Below are positions 12,150 to 23,925 of a DNA stretch of 64,000 nucleotides, piece after piece; the stretch's first letter is position 1, and each line of letters starts with the position of its first letter. The stretch lies in assembly GCA_043228905.1 (NCBI GenBank), contig JBHGNT010000006.1:7998001-8062000 (forward strand), given 5' to 3'. A model generated the notes under the pieces. That model made no database searches. It was not told where the DNA came from and saw only the letters and a program-made list of their open reading frames with translations. The position numbers and the translations under genes are program-made. This DNA is from Azolla caroliniana. Lineage: Eukaryota; Plantae; Polypodiophyta.

Positions 12150-15100
12150 ATGTCGTATGAAGAGGAGGCACCGGTCAGTTGTAAGCGCCCTCGTACAAGG
12201 TCAGTTACGAAGGTAGTGCAGCAAGCGTTCATTACGCAAGAACAGCCGGAATCAAGCACAAAGTGGTCGAAACTTCCTGACTTATCCGATCAATTACCTT
12301 CAGACGAAAAACAGACGGAAGAGGTATCGTTTTACGACATTTGGGACGATATGCCTTATACTTATTCTAAGTTCCGGGAAGGAACAGATGCGGAAGCACA
12401 TGTTAGGGATTTCTTAACGACATGGGAGATTAACCATGGAGCTCAGCGATTGTCGGCAGATGCCGAAGATAAGTCAAAAATCGCTGAGTTTGTCTTATCA
12501 TTAGACGGATATTCCGCTAATTGGTTTGCGCAGAACGGTCTTCAAGGATTTCCATCCTTCGAAGTATTAACTAGTAAATTTTTACAATTATTTCATCAAC
12601 AAATTCCGCAGAAGGATTTGATTGCGCAATTTTATGCGTTATACCAAGAAAAAAATGAAACAGTATCTCAGTTTGTGATACGATTTCAGAACTTACAGCT
12701 TCAGATTTCAAGACCGATTCCGGATAAGGAATTAAAAGAAGTCTTTCTAGAAGCTGTAAAAGAACCATTAAGGACGACATTGAAAGTGTTCGATTTTCGA
12801 AATCAGACTATCGAACAAGTCATTGATAAAGCAATAGAAATGGGTCGACCACCGGTCAATGTTCAGAGTATGGACATGTCGGCATTACACCGTACATTAC
12901 CAACAATGGAGGAGTTACAATTTCGACAAGCAGTGCAATGCACCACTTGTTTAAATACGGGGCATTCGGCAATTGACTGTACGTTGAGAACACATTGTAC
13001 AATATGTCATTCAAAATTACATTCCGTAGAACAATGTGAATATAATCTGCTTAATAAGACTACGGCGTCAGTACGACAAATTTTTGCTGACAATGGTTAC
13101 CAAAATAACACTAATCTGTTCAATGGTTATCAAAATAATAATTTTTCACAAAATCAGCAAAATGTACAACAGAATCCGGTTTTACAGCCAAATCAGATCT
13201 TTTCACAACAAAATATGCAACCCACTCAAGTGACTCAAGCATTTCAACCAGGTTTTGCTCAATCCAACCCACCATTCGTACAGAATCCGAATCAATATTT
13301 TCAACAAAATAATCAAAGTTTCCAACAAGGTAATCCACCATTTCAAGGGTTTCAACAGAACTGTCCGAATGTGCAACCGAATTCTACATTTCAACCAAAT
13401 CCGGCATTTCAACCGGGTAATATGACTTTTCAACATAATACTCAAACTGTTCCACAAAATAATCAAATGTTTCAACAGAGTAATTTTCCGCCAAATCAGG
13501 AGTTCGGGATACCACACAATATAGCACAACCAAATGATAATACTGAACAATTTAGGCCGAATAGGTATAAAAACAAGAGATTTTACAAACCAAAAGCTAC
13601 ACGTCAATACCAACAAAACCCGAATGGTAATGAAGAGCAGCAATTTAATAACGGGCAATTTGCACATGGAGAGACCAGTGCAACATTTGTGCCCACTTGT
13701 TACATTTGTCGACAACTAGGCCATTATGCTAATCAATGTCCGGTTAAAGGAAAGGGTCCAGCAGTTAATATGGTAATACCGGAAGTTCAGCAAGTAACGA
13801 CACGCAGCAAAAGCAAACAATCGGAGTGGGAAATTCAGGAAGAAGTTCGGAAGGCCGCAAAGGAATGGGTGGATGAAGCAAATCAAAGTAATGTGAATCG
13901 AATGTTACAAGACAATAACATTGACCAGGACATCGTTGTACAACAGTCATTGGAGAATAAGGAACAGGAAGAAACTTGGAAACTGTTGGCTGATTGCCAA
14001 GTGTCATTACCACTTAAGGGCTTACTTAAGTTAGTACCAAGGTTTACAGAAAAAGTGGCAGCATTAATTGCATATAAAGGTTCCGAACAAATAGCAGTAC
14101 ACTACAATCAGCCAAGTAATAACCCCTCGATCATGGATGAACAGAATCCGTCTATTAAGGTAATACTTTACGGGCAAGAAATCGGAAATGTGATTATAGA
14201 TGGAGGCTCGGGTGTTAATGTGATTAACAAAACTACATGTGAAAAACTGGGAATCACGGAATGGGAAGCATGTCCGTTTTGGTTACGAATGGCAGATACA
14301 AGTACGGTACGACCGATTGGTTTGCTTCGACAACTGGATGTAATAATCGGGGGACACAGTTTTCAGATTTCGGCAGTAATTTTGCAATTAGAAACACAGG
14401 GAGCATACCCCTTGTTATTGGGGAGACCATGGTTAAAGACAGCTAATATTAAACAAAATTGGAAACAAAATGTGCTAACATTTAGAAAAGGAAAAAACAA
14501 GGTCAGGATTCCGACGCACAACAAAGTGACAACAAGCAAACAGAGTTTACCTGTATATGCAGAAGCAGTTAATATGATGGAAGGATTGGACGAGGAAGAA
14601 GAAAGTCAGTATTTTGATGATAATCAAAAAATCATCCCTCTATTTGAGGTAGATATTTTGCAAGCATTAACACCATATGTAGACTCACACGAAGAAGTGC
14701 CAATCGATGAGCAAACAATAAAAGAAATACGAATGCAACAAGAAGCTACAGATAAGGAATTGCAGGTATCTCAGAGAGTGCAAGCCTCAGCATTGGAGGA
14801 GATTGATTTGGCAGGAGTAGAGGATGCTGAAAGGAAAACAATCTTGATTGCTAGAGATTTGACGGAAAATGACAAACGGACATTAACAACATTACTATTA
14901 CAATATAAAGATGTTTTTGCATGGTCCTTTGACGATATGAAAGGTCTGGATCCCGCTTTTTGTTAACATCAAATCAATTTGCATAAAGATGCAAAGCCAG
15001 TACAACAACGCAGGTACAGGTTGAATCCGAATTATGCTATCAAAGTAAAAGAAGAAATCGATAAACTCTTAAAAGTAGGATTTATTCGACCCGTCAAAAA

Positions 15101-17641
15101 ATCAACATGGCTAAGTCCGATAGTAGTAGTCCCGAAAAAGAATGGGAAAATTCGTGTATGTGTGGATTACAGAAAATTGAATGCAGCGACAATTACGGAT
15201 GCGTTTCCATTGCCATTCACAGATGGGATATTAGATGCAGTAGCGGGACATGAAATTTATAGTTTCTTGGATGGGTTCAGTGGGTACAACCAAGTACGGA
15301 TGAATCCGGAAGATCAGGAAAAGACAGCTTTCGTCACAGAATGGGGTGTCTTTGTGGCAGTAGTCATGATGTTCGGTTTAAAAACAGCTCCAGCTACATT
15401 TCAGCGGGTAATACAGGAAATATTCGGGGAATATATTCCAGCTTTCATGCAGGTGTTTTTAGATGATTTTGCAGTATATAGTCGGAAAGCTGATCATTTT
15501 GAGCATTTACGGCTATGTTTAGAAAAATGTCGAAAAGGGCGTCTTAGTTTAAATCCAGCCAAATGCGCATTCGGAGTAATGAGTGGTACATTACTTGGGC
15601 ATATTGTCAGTCAAGAAGGGATTGCAGTGGACCCAGATAAAGTTAAAGCAATTATTGAGGCAACACCACCAACAAATGCTAAAGCTCTAAGTAGATTTTT
15701 GGGTCAAATTCGGTGGCACAGTAGAATGATGAGATATCTAGCAGACATTGCTATTCCGTTACACACAGCAGTACACAAAGTTCCTTTTATATGGACAAGT
15801 ATAGAACAAGATGCGTACGAATGTCTCAAGAAGATGCTGACGAAGGTTCCGGTAGTTCAACCACCGGACTGGAACAAACCATTTCATGTTTTCGTCGATG
15901 CGTCGGACATTGCCATAGGCAGTGCTTTAATGCAATTATCCGAACCAAACTGGTATAGGCCGGTATACTATGCCAGTAGGAAACTTTCGTCGGCCGAAAG
16001 AAACTATTCAACAACCGAAAGAGAAGCTTTGGGAATGATATATAGTGTGAACAAATTTCGACATTACCTTTTGGGTAAGAAATTTACATTTCATGTGGAT
16101 CATTCGGCTTTACTGTATCTAGTTTCCAAACAAGAATTGACAGGCAAGTTAGCCCGATGGACGTTATTGCTTCAAGAGTTTGAATTTGACATTATACATC
16201 GACCAGGAGCACAGCACGCGATTGCTGACTATCTCAGTCGGCTTGAGTCTGGAGAAGAAGCGGTTGGGGTTAAAGATGATTTTCCAGATACTCAATTATT
16301 TCGGGTGGAGGCAGTAAAAGCACATGAAGTGAATGAGGAAAAAGAGGATGAATGGATTTCCGAAATGACGATATTTCTATCAACAGGAATTCCGGCCGAA
16401 CACATGTCGACAGATGAAAGAAAAAGAATTGCAGTACGAAGTCGGAATTTTTGTTTATTTAATGACATGTTGTATCATAAAGGAGCGGATGGAATATGGC
16501 GAAGGGCAGTACGAAAATTTGAAAAATCAGCCATATTAACAGAGTCACATTGTGGAATTGCTGGCGGTCATTACGCAGGAGAAGCAACAGCCAGAAAAAT
16601 ATGGAATAGCGGGTTATGGTGGCCAACGGTGATGAAAGATGCTAACGAATACTGTAAGAAATGCGATTTGTGTCAAAGAATGGGGCAACCAACCGAAAAG
16701 GATCAAATGCCTTTTCAACCGGTTTTACCTCTTGAGCCATTTCAGAATGGGGCTTAGATTTTGTTGGCCCATTCAAACCAGCAGCTGCAAGAACCGGTAA
16801 TCGATATATCATAATTGTGACTGACTATTGCACAAAATGGGTTGAAGCAAAAGCTCTCAGGGACAATACGGCAGCATCCACAGCAAAATTCCTGTATGAG
16901 TATATATGGTGTCGATTCGGTTGCCCAATAGAATTGGTAAGCGATCAAGGCACTCATTTTATTAACAAGTTAATTAACGAATTAACCAATTACTATGCCG
17001 TAGTTCATAAGAAAAGTACGCCTTACTATCCCCAAGCTAATGGATTGGCAGAATCGACAAATAAAACAATTCAAACAATTTTAAAGAAGATAGTGAATGA
17101 AAATCGTACTGATTGGGATCAAAAGTTAAATAGTGCATTATGGGCATATCGTACTTCGTACAAAACATCCATTAAATCAACACCTTTCCGAATGGCATTC
17201 GGACTCGAAGCCGTTATGCCAATCGAATTTCAAATTCCGACACTTCGTATCCAAGCAACGAATAAGTTAAATGAAATAGAATCGGAGCAGATACGCAAAG
17301 AGGCTTTATTAGTATTAGAAGAAGAACGGATTCAATCAATGTCAGCACTAGAACACAAGCAGAGACAAATCAAGGCATTCGTAAATCGACATCGAAGGAA
17401 ATCGGAAGAGCAATTCGAAATTGGGAAACCGGTATTGGTATTCCAGACGAGAATGGGACTTATGCCTGGGAAACTCCGGTATAGATGGACAGGTCCAGTA
17501 TGGATAATTAATAGTAAAAATGGTACGTACCAACTGGGATCATTAACCGGAGAGGTGTTACCAAAATGGGTAAATGGATTTCGGCTTAAACCGTATTTGG
17601 GAGATATGCCGGTAAATCCGTTTATTCAAACGGAAGAGTAA
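12150..17641 (+). pseudogene. gag-pol of C: Gag with three CCHC knuckles, PR, RT, RH, INT; one in-frame stop (14964-14966) and one frameshift (about 16745)
   Basis: ORFs 12150-14966 and 14979-16757 share a frame, then 16817-17641; motifs IIDGGSGVN, FLDDF, VDASD, HHCC, SDQG; no chromodomain and no additional RNase H seen. Confidence 0.95.
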
Positions 17642-17859
17642 AAAAAAAAAACAAAAAAAAAAAAAAAAAAAAAAAAACTAACTAACTCACTCAATAGTTC
17701 TTGTCAAATACAGAAATACAATCTTGCCATAAACAGTATGAATCGACTATAAATAGAAAGAGGAATTGCATGATTATTAGTAACAAGGACAACCACTACA
17801 CGTAGAGTGAATACTAATTAATTCCTACATTAATAGCAATTACTATTCTTTAAGTCATC

Positions 17860-20487
17860 ATGCATAAATTAATATCTTTAAAGCATATTTCTGTATCGTC
17901 TGTATCGCCAAAACAACAGAAACGAGTGCAGATATCGAAACAGTCTGAGCCTCCTTCGTGCCCTAGTTCGCCCAAACTCTGTTTTTCTGATTTTCATCGC
18001 TACAGAAACTGTGCAGATCTGCAACTGTCATCGACAAGTGATTCAAAACTAGGAAACACAGAAGTCATGCCGATTCCTGTATCTGAAGAACTGCGATTGT
18101 GGCTTCATGAGAGAAACTTACAAGGTTTCATCAAAGTAGCAGAAGCGGAACCTCATCCGCAGGCGGAAGAATTGGTACAACAAATAGACATCACCAAAAT
18201 CACCACAAAGAAAATACGAAATGCATTACAGATGCCAAGAGGAGGTTTTGAGGCAGTTAAAAAACCTTCATCAGAAGCACTCCAATCGTATTTCGGGGAA
18301 TACTCACCCTCGGCAAAAGCATATCAGACTTATGGAGGTCGGGATGAGTTTTTTCATGAAGTGGCGAGGTTTTTACTAGAGGTGGGATTTGTCAGTCCTC
18401 GTTTTTATTGTATGCCGAAAAAAAGGGCTGGGTTTATTATAGCCGCATATGAAAAAGAGGATTTCAACTGGCCACTATTGTCGGGGGAAGCTCTGAGAGA
18501 GCAGCTACAAGGGGTAAAAACAGGAAAACCAATGAAGCAAATTTTTGGTCGTTGGTTATCAGTATTGTTTCCGATTCAAGAATCGGAAACTCCTGTTCAG
18601 TCAAGAAGACCACCGATAATACAAGCACCACGAAGACACCGACAGCTAGTACATGAAGAATGGATAGAAGAAGAATCGGCACATGCCGATAATATACAAA
18701 CAAATATGTCTCAGTCGGAACCACCTAGACCAGAGAATTCCGAAAACAGACAACCAGAAACAGTTGACAATTTGAGAAACAAGCAACATCCGACAGAAAA
18801 TCGACAAAGAACAAGGATTAAACAAAAGGCTAATCGGCAATTCCAACCAGAAAACAGTGAGGGATCAGCACCAAAAAGGCAACGCACAAATGAAAAGTCG
18901 AATACGCCTGTGGTAACAGAAGTACTAAAACCAGGGGATGAGAGCATTTCGACACAACCTCACCAAGGACAATCTTCAAAAGTAGCCATTCGGGAAGCAC
19001 ATGGATACTTGGATATCCCACCAGCAGCACATGAATTAGCTGCCATTTTGCAGTTCGGAACTTCATACGAACTGGTTGAATGGTTGGCTAAAAGACTGAC
19101 AGAAGTATCAGAACGGCTGGCTCAAGAACATAATGACCGAATAATGATACAGAAAGCCTTACGAGGAGTGTTGGAACCTCAAGAAAAAGCAGAGATAGAG
19201 AAAATAGGCCGGAAAAGAAGTGCACAGCATAGAGGGGAGGCTATTGAAATGCCACCATTACATGAAGCACTGGTCGAAATTCATAAAGAATATGAAACGG
19301 CACGCAAAGCAGCCAGTGATATGGCTGAAAGATACAAAAGTGTATCAGCATCGGCGGAGGTGCTGAAGCATCAGTTTTGTAACATACAAGCAGAAAATAA
19401 AGAACTAAAGGAAAGTCTAAACAAATGGGAAACACAGGCACGGCTTATGGTGTCGGAGTCAGAATGGCAACAGAAATTAGAGGATGCTGAGAAAGCACGA
19501 CAAGCAGAAACAACAAGGGCCAACAATGCAGTATTTCGAACTACAGAATTAGAAAAACAAATAGAAACCATTCAGAATGGTCAATACAAAGCTCTCGAAG
19601 AAAAAAATCAAGTAATAAACGAATTACAGAGAAATCTAGAAGAAGCTAAGACGGCCAATCATACATATACCGAACAAATTGAAGAATTCGAAAGGTATAT
19701 AGTGTCACAGGAAAGTCAATTGACAGAAAAACAGCAGAGTCTTGAAGAAGTCAACAGAAGAATGACGGAACAGCAGGAGGAATGGAGTAGAGAGAAATCG
19801 GCATTCGAACAACAACTGGACGAAATTCGGAAGATAGCGGAACAAAGACGGTTGGATATATATGTAGTCGAATCCAAATTAATGCGAGCTGAAAGTGAGA
19901 ACCGAACCACTATTACGGATTTACAGAAAGAGTTGCAAACCGCCCAATACGTCGCAAGCATCACTAGGGACAAAGTGCAGCACATCATAGGTAAACATCG
20001 AAACCTAGCAAAGAAACTGATCGATGAATCCCTTGCGCAAGGATGGAAGTTATGGACAGCACAAGCGGCGGAATTACAGATATTGCGTGCCGACAAAAAT
20101 AACCGTCAGGTACAAGGTGCAGGTTTTTTTAAAATGGCACAAAAGGATATTGACAATATCCAAGAGGATATCATGAAAGATATGGATGAAATTGCGGCAT
20201 TTTACAGAGAAGAAATTCAACGTATTATGCAAGAATTCGACAAAAATGATATAGGCACTTCCGTCCAGTTGGATAAAATCGAAGCCGAAAGAACCAGCAA
20301 GACTCCTGGTATTCAAGCTTCCGGAAGAAGTGAACCAGAGCAGCCAACCGAATCACAACCTGCTCCGAAGGAGGACTGTGACACAGACGAAGATGAAGAG
20401 GAAGATATAGGTGGAATACATCCAAGGCCAGATGAGCCTTCGATTTTTGATATTCTGAACGATTCGGATGACGAGCTACAGGAATAG
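17860..20487 (+). CDS. Extra ORF of C (probable start ATG 18067): conserved N-terminal domain, disordered linker, long coiled coil, acidic tail; function unknown
   Basis: Intact 875-codon ORF between pol and the 3' LTR; collinear homologue in B; E/Q/K-rich heptad-like region; no obvious transmembrane segment. Confidence 0.88.
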   Translation: MHKLISLKHISVSSVSPKQQKRVQISKQSEPPSCPSSPKLCFSDFHRYRNCADLQLSSTSDSKLGNTEVMPIPVSEELRLWLHERNLQGFIKVAEAEPHPQAEELVQQIDITKITTKKIRNALQMPRGGFEAVKKPSSEALQSYFGEYSPSAKAYQTYGGRDEFFHEVARFLLEVGFVSPRFYCMPKKRAGFIIAAYEKEDFNWPLLSGEALREQLQGVKTGKPMKQIFGRWLSVLFPIQESETPVQSRRPPIIQAPRRHRQLVHEEWIEEESAHADNIQTNMSQSEPPRPENSENRQPETVDNLRNKQHPTENRQRTRIKQKANRQFQPENSEGSAPKRQRTNEKSNTPVVTEVLKPGDESISTQPHQGQSSKVAIREAHGYLDIPPAAHELAAILQFGTSYELVEWLAKRLTEVSERLAQEHNDRIMIQKALRGVLEPQEKAEIEKIGRKRSAQHRGEAIEMPPLHEALVEIHKEYETARKAASDMAERYKSVSASAEVLKHQFCNIQAENKELKESLNKWETQARLMVSESEWQQKLEDAEKARQAETTRANNAVFRTTELEKQIETIQNGQYKALEEKNQVINELQRNLEEAKTANHTYTEQIEEFERYIVSQESQLTEKQQSLEEVNRRMTEQQEEWSREKSAFEQQLDEIRKIAEQRRLDIYVVESKLMRAESENRTTITDLQKELQTAQYVASITRDKVQHIIGKHRNLAKKLIDESLAQGWKLWTAQAAELQILRADKNNRQVQGAGFFKMAQKDIDNIQEDIMKDMDEIAAFYREEIQRIMQEFDKNDIGTSVQLDKIEAERTSKTPGIQASGRSEPEQPTESQPAPKEDCDTDEDEEEDIGGIHPRPDEPSIFDILNDSDDELQE

Positions 20488-20489
20488 GC

Positions 20490-20529
20490 GTGGGTTCGCC
20501 GGACAAGGTCCTGGCCCACGGTCGTGCCA
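20490..20529 (+). ncRNA. tRNA-Arg 3'-half-like structured element at the PPT position of C
   Basis: GTGGG-TTCG-[CCGGACAAGGTCCTGG]-CCCAC-GGTCGTG-CCA, then AG, then the LTR TG; homologue in B at 4694-4734 on the minus strand. Confidence 0.65.
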
Positions 20530-20993
20530 AGTGTTACCCGGACCCGGACAGTCAGTTTTACCGAACAGGTGGGAAAGCGTCGAAAACAGAGTCGGTTCGG
20601 ATCGACTGTTCGGATCAATGACTCAGCAGTAAAACGAAGAGAACTAAGTTAGTTAGATAATTTTGTAAATCTTGTTAGGGAGTAGGAATAGTTCTTGATG
20701 AGAAAAGACCTTCGGTATACCTATAAAAGGGAACCAAAGGCATTGTAAGAAAGGTCGTTTTATTTAGTAATATAAGTTTAAGTTAGGAATATCTTGTACG
20801 GATTCTGTGTTTCTCTGTTGTCTATGATCTTAAGTGCAAGCTTCCTAATTTATAACTAAGTAACGATCACGGTAATTACCGATTAATATAGCATAATTCC
20901 GTTCATAAAACACAATTCCTTGTTAGAACGTTGAGTAGCGGCGTTCACTCTTCTGTATCGGTAATAGTTAGTAATTAGCCGATTAACACTTTT

Positions 20994-22553
20994 TCCACCC
21001 ACGCTTGGGCTTGTCGGCGTACCTCGTCTTGCGCAGACCAATCCGCCGTTTTTGTTTGCTGGCGTGTCGTGACTTGTTGCACCTCCGCCATAATCGTATT
21101 GACAGCGGGCCCCTTTCCCTTGCGTGGCATAATGTCCGGGTTGCTGACAAATAAAACAATGGATGCTTGATTCTCCCTTCTCGGCTCCAAGTGGTGTGTG
21201 CCGCTCTCCGGGTGCTACTTGCTCTTCACAGTCCGGCCTTGTTTGTCGGAACGTACGCGGTGGCTGTTGTTGGTCCCTTTGTTGTTCCTGGTGCTGCTCA
21301 TCCCTAGAGCTTTCGTCGTAACGTCGTTGATCCCTGTATTGTCGTGGCTTACCCCGATAGCCATTGAAGCCACCCCGTTTGTTTGTCGGCCATTGATTCT
21401 CGTAGCGCAGACCCCCTTTGGCGTAACTCGAATGTCCACAATAATCCTCATCCTCTAGGTAGTCCTCCTTGGAATCATTGTGATTCTAGCGATTCCAGTT
21501 GTACCAGTCCTCCCGCGGGTTGCGATCCTTATACCGGGGTCGGTCTTCTTGCCTCCTTTGTTCAGCCCGGTGCGGTTGACGTTGTGTGTCCATGTTGCGG
21601 TCTGCGGGAGTGGCTCTGTTTAACATATTGTACTCACATTGGTCGACTGTGTGAGCCTTCGAGTGGCAGATTGGGCAGTGGATTTGCATATTGCACTCCA
21701 CTGCGGAATGCCCCGAGTTCAAGCAAATCGTGCATTGGATTGCTTGACGAAATTGGCGTTCCTCATCCTGAGGTAACGCTTGTCGTAAGGAGGACATAGA
21801 AAACCGTTCCTCCTCGTCATCCAACTCGAGCTGTAACGCTCGTTCAATTACCATATCCGTCGTTTCCCCTTTCACGCTATTGTTGTTGAGCGTTGCCCGG
21901 ATGGGCCGGCGTAAGGCTGCCAGAAATGTTTCCCGAGCCTCTTCCTCCGCGAGGCTTCGTTCCAGTTTCCGTCGTAAATTTTGGAAATGTAAGCTGAAGT
22001 CCGCTATCGTCTCGGTCCGTAGTTGCTTAATTGTATAAAACTACCCGAGAATCTCGCGTTGTGGGACCCTCCGATGGAAGAATCGCAAGAAAGTGGACTG
22101 CAACTGATTGAAGGTTGTTATGGCTGGTAAATCCATCTATGAATGCCAAAATGCCACACACCCATCTAGTGTTAATCCGAACTCCATCATTTTCGACTAG
22201 TGTGCCACCGTGTCGAAGAGATTCTGCGCCATGTGGTTCGCATTCCAGACATTCAGGAACATGCGAATATGCGTTGCGGCGTCGGTTTCGCCATTAAATC
22301 GGGGGTAGGCAAAGGCCATAGTGGGAGCTACGGCGGATCAGGAAAGACCACCAGGTGGCTGTGGTGAGCGTGGTCCCCGCGTCTCGTCGAGGTATTTGGG
22401 GAGTGAAGAATCCCCTTTGTACTCACGGCAGGTAGTACTGAGGTCGCTAAGGCGTGGCCTTTGCCGTGCGTGTTCTTCTGCTTGGCGTGTGACGGACCTT
22501 GTTATTGGTCGGTCTTGTCATGTTGGTTCTCTGGGTCGTCTACGGCTAAACAT
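20994..22553 (-). pseudogene. gag of B
   Basis: FRQAIQCTICLNSGHSAVEC and CPICHSKAHTVDQCEYN match C Gag; start context CGAATGGATG is shared with C. Confidence 0.9.
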
Positions 22554-22607
22554 CCATTCGTTGTTGCTCATCTGTGAGGAAAGACAGGTCACCAAGCGTG
22601 CCAAAAG

Positions 22608-23047
22608 TGATGCCATTTAGGAACACGGTCCGCGGTCAGTCCTTCGACCTAGACCTCAACTGGGTGTGGAACAACGAACAGGTGTATAAGCGTATTGCGT
22701 AAGGGTAGAACCCCTGTAACCTATCAACGTATAAGGGAAGCCGGCTACAACCAAATCCCTATTCAGGGTTACACTTACGTACTACAACGCTTAAGTAATC
22801 AAGACACCCACTTTGAACTAGCCGTAGCTATACACAAAAAATCAGAGAAGATAGTATTCTATTATAAGGCGTTTCTTTACATTCCCCAAAATTACATACA
22901 CCTCTATCAGAGGTTTTCTGCCCTTTATATATGCAGGGTCTAATTAGCCGTTCACGCTTCCTGCGTGAACCGTTACATGCATTATGCTCTTATATAATTT
23001 CTTACTCCTACGCTTTTGTCTGTCGGTTACTATTCCGGCGAACAACA
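22608..23047 (-). repeat. 5' LTR of B (440 bp)
   Basis: Direct repeat of 4289-4691; adjacent PBS. Confidence 0.92.
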
Positions 23048-23925
23048 AGTTGCGTACGCCTCCGCAATCCTAGCCCCGAAGCCGAGCCTTGCCGACTCTC
23101 TTTGTCGTTCAGCCTCTTCCCGTTGTGATGGCACACCGTCGCGCGCCTTCCCCTTTGCCTTCTCGGCTCGCTCGTCATCTAGTCGTTGGCATACCCTTCC
23201 GACCTTCGACCAGTCCTCGGTGAGGCCATTCACTCTGTCCTCATCATCGAGCTCAATCCCGGTGGCCTCCCGTTCCGCTTGTTCGATTGACCTGACGAAC
23301 AACAGGACTTTGTCCGCCCCCACCAGACCTTGTTCCCGCTCCGGGAGCCGAGCAAGCCGTCGCTCGAACTCTTGGAACGCCTTCGTTGCGCCCCAGTGGG
23401 TCTTCGCCGATTCCACCCACTGGTCGAAGCCACGTCGTTGTCAGGAGTAGTACTAAAGCAAAGATGGAATTAGTACTAAAAAAGAGCAGTACTATTAGTA
23501 CTAAGAGGATGGGACTGCGTAAGATTCCCGAGAGAGGAAGTAAGAAGAGAAGAGAGAGAGAGATAGCGAGAAAGAGAGAGAGAGAAGGATGATGACAACA
23601 GCTCTTATATTATGTGAAAAGATAAGTACAAATCAGCTAAGAGGCTTAAGACTGGCGTTGAACCAATTTGGTTCAAAACAATGCCTTGTGCCTCCTTTTA
23701 TAGTGTTTTTAGGAATAATCCTAAAGCTTCTAGAATGTTCCAGATAGATCTGGAATATACATCAATTTTCTATGATAAAACATAAATGAAAATAATATCC
23801 TACAAATTACAATTCATAGTCTAATGGTAAGAGCTCGACCCATGTAGCATAAGGTCATGGGTTCGAGACTTGCCATATCATGACACTATCTCCCCCTTAA
23901 AGACGACGAGTGGAACGAGTCGGCG

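Larger units (their letters stand above)
11634..20988 (+). mobile_element. Element C: very young full-length non-chromoviral Ty3/gypsy with an extra 3' ORF, nested antisense in B
   Basis: 457-bp LTRs 11634-12090 and 20532-20988 that look identical by eye; TSD CTTTT (11629-11633 and 20989-20993). Confidence 0.97.
4289..23047 (-). mobile_element. Element B: full-length degenerate non-chromoviral Ty3/gypsy with an extra 3' ORF; contains element C
   Basis: LTRs 4289-4691 and 22608-23047 (TG...CA); TSD AGCTG/AGTTG; PBS TGGCACGCTTGGTG on the minus strand starting at 22603; gag-PR-RT-RH-INT fragments in order. Confidence 0.93.

Noticed and set aside
14964-14966. Programmed stop-codon readthrough between gag-PR and RT in C
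   Set aside because: The homologous codon in B is Gln; a CAA to TAA point mutation is the simpler explanation.
17860-20487. Retroviral env gene
   Set aside because: It sits in the env position, but no signal peptide or hydrophobic transmembrane segment is visible; the protein is hydrophilic and coiled-coil.
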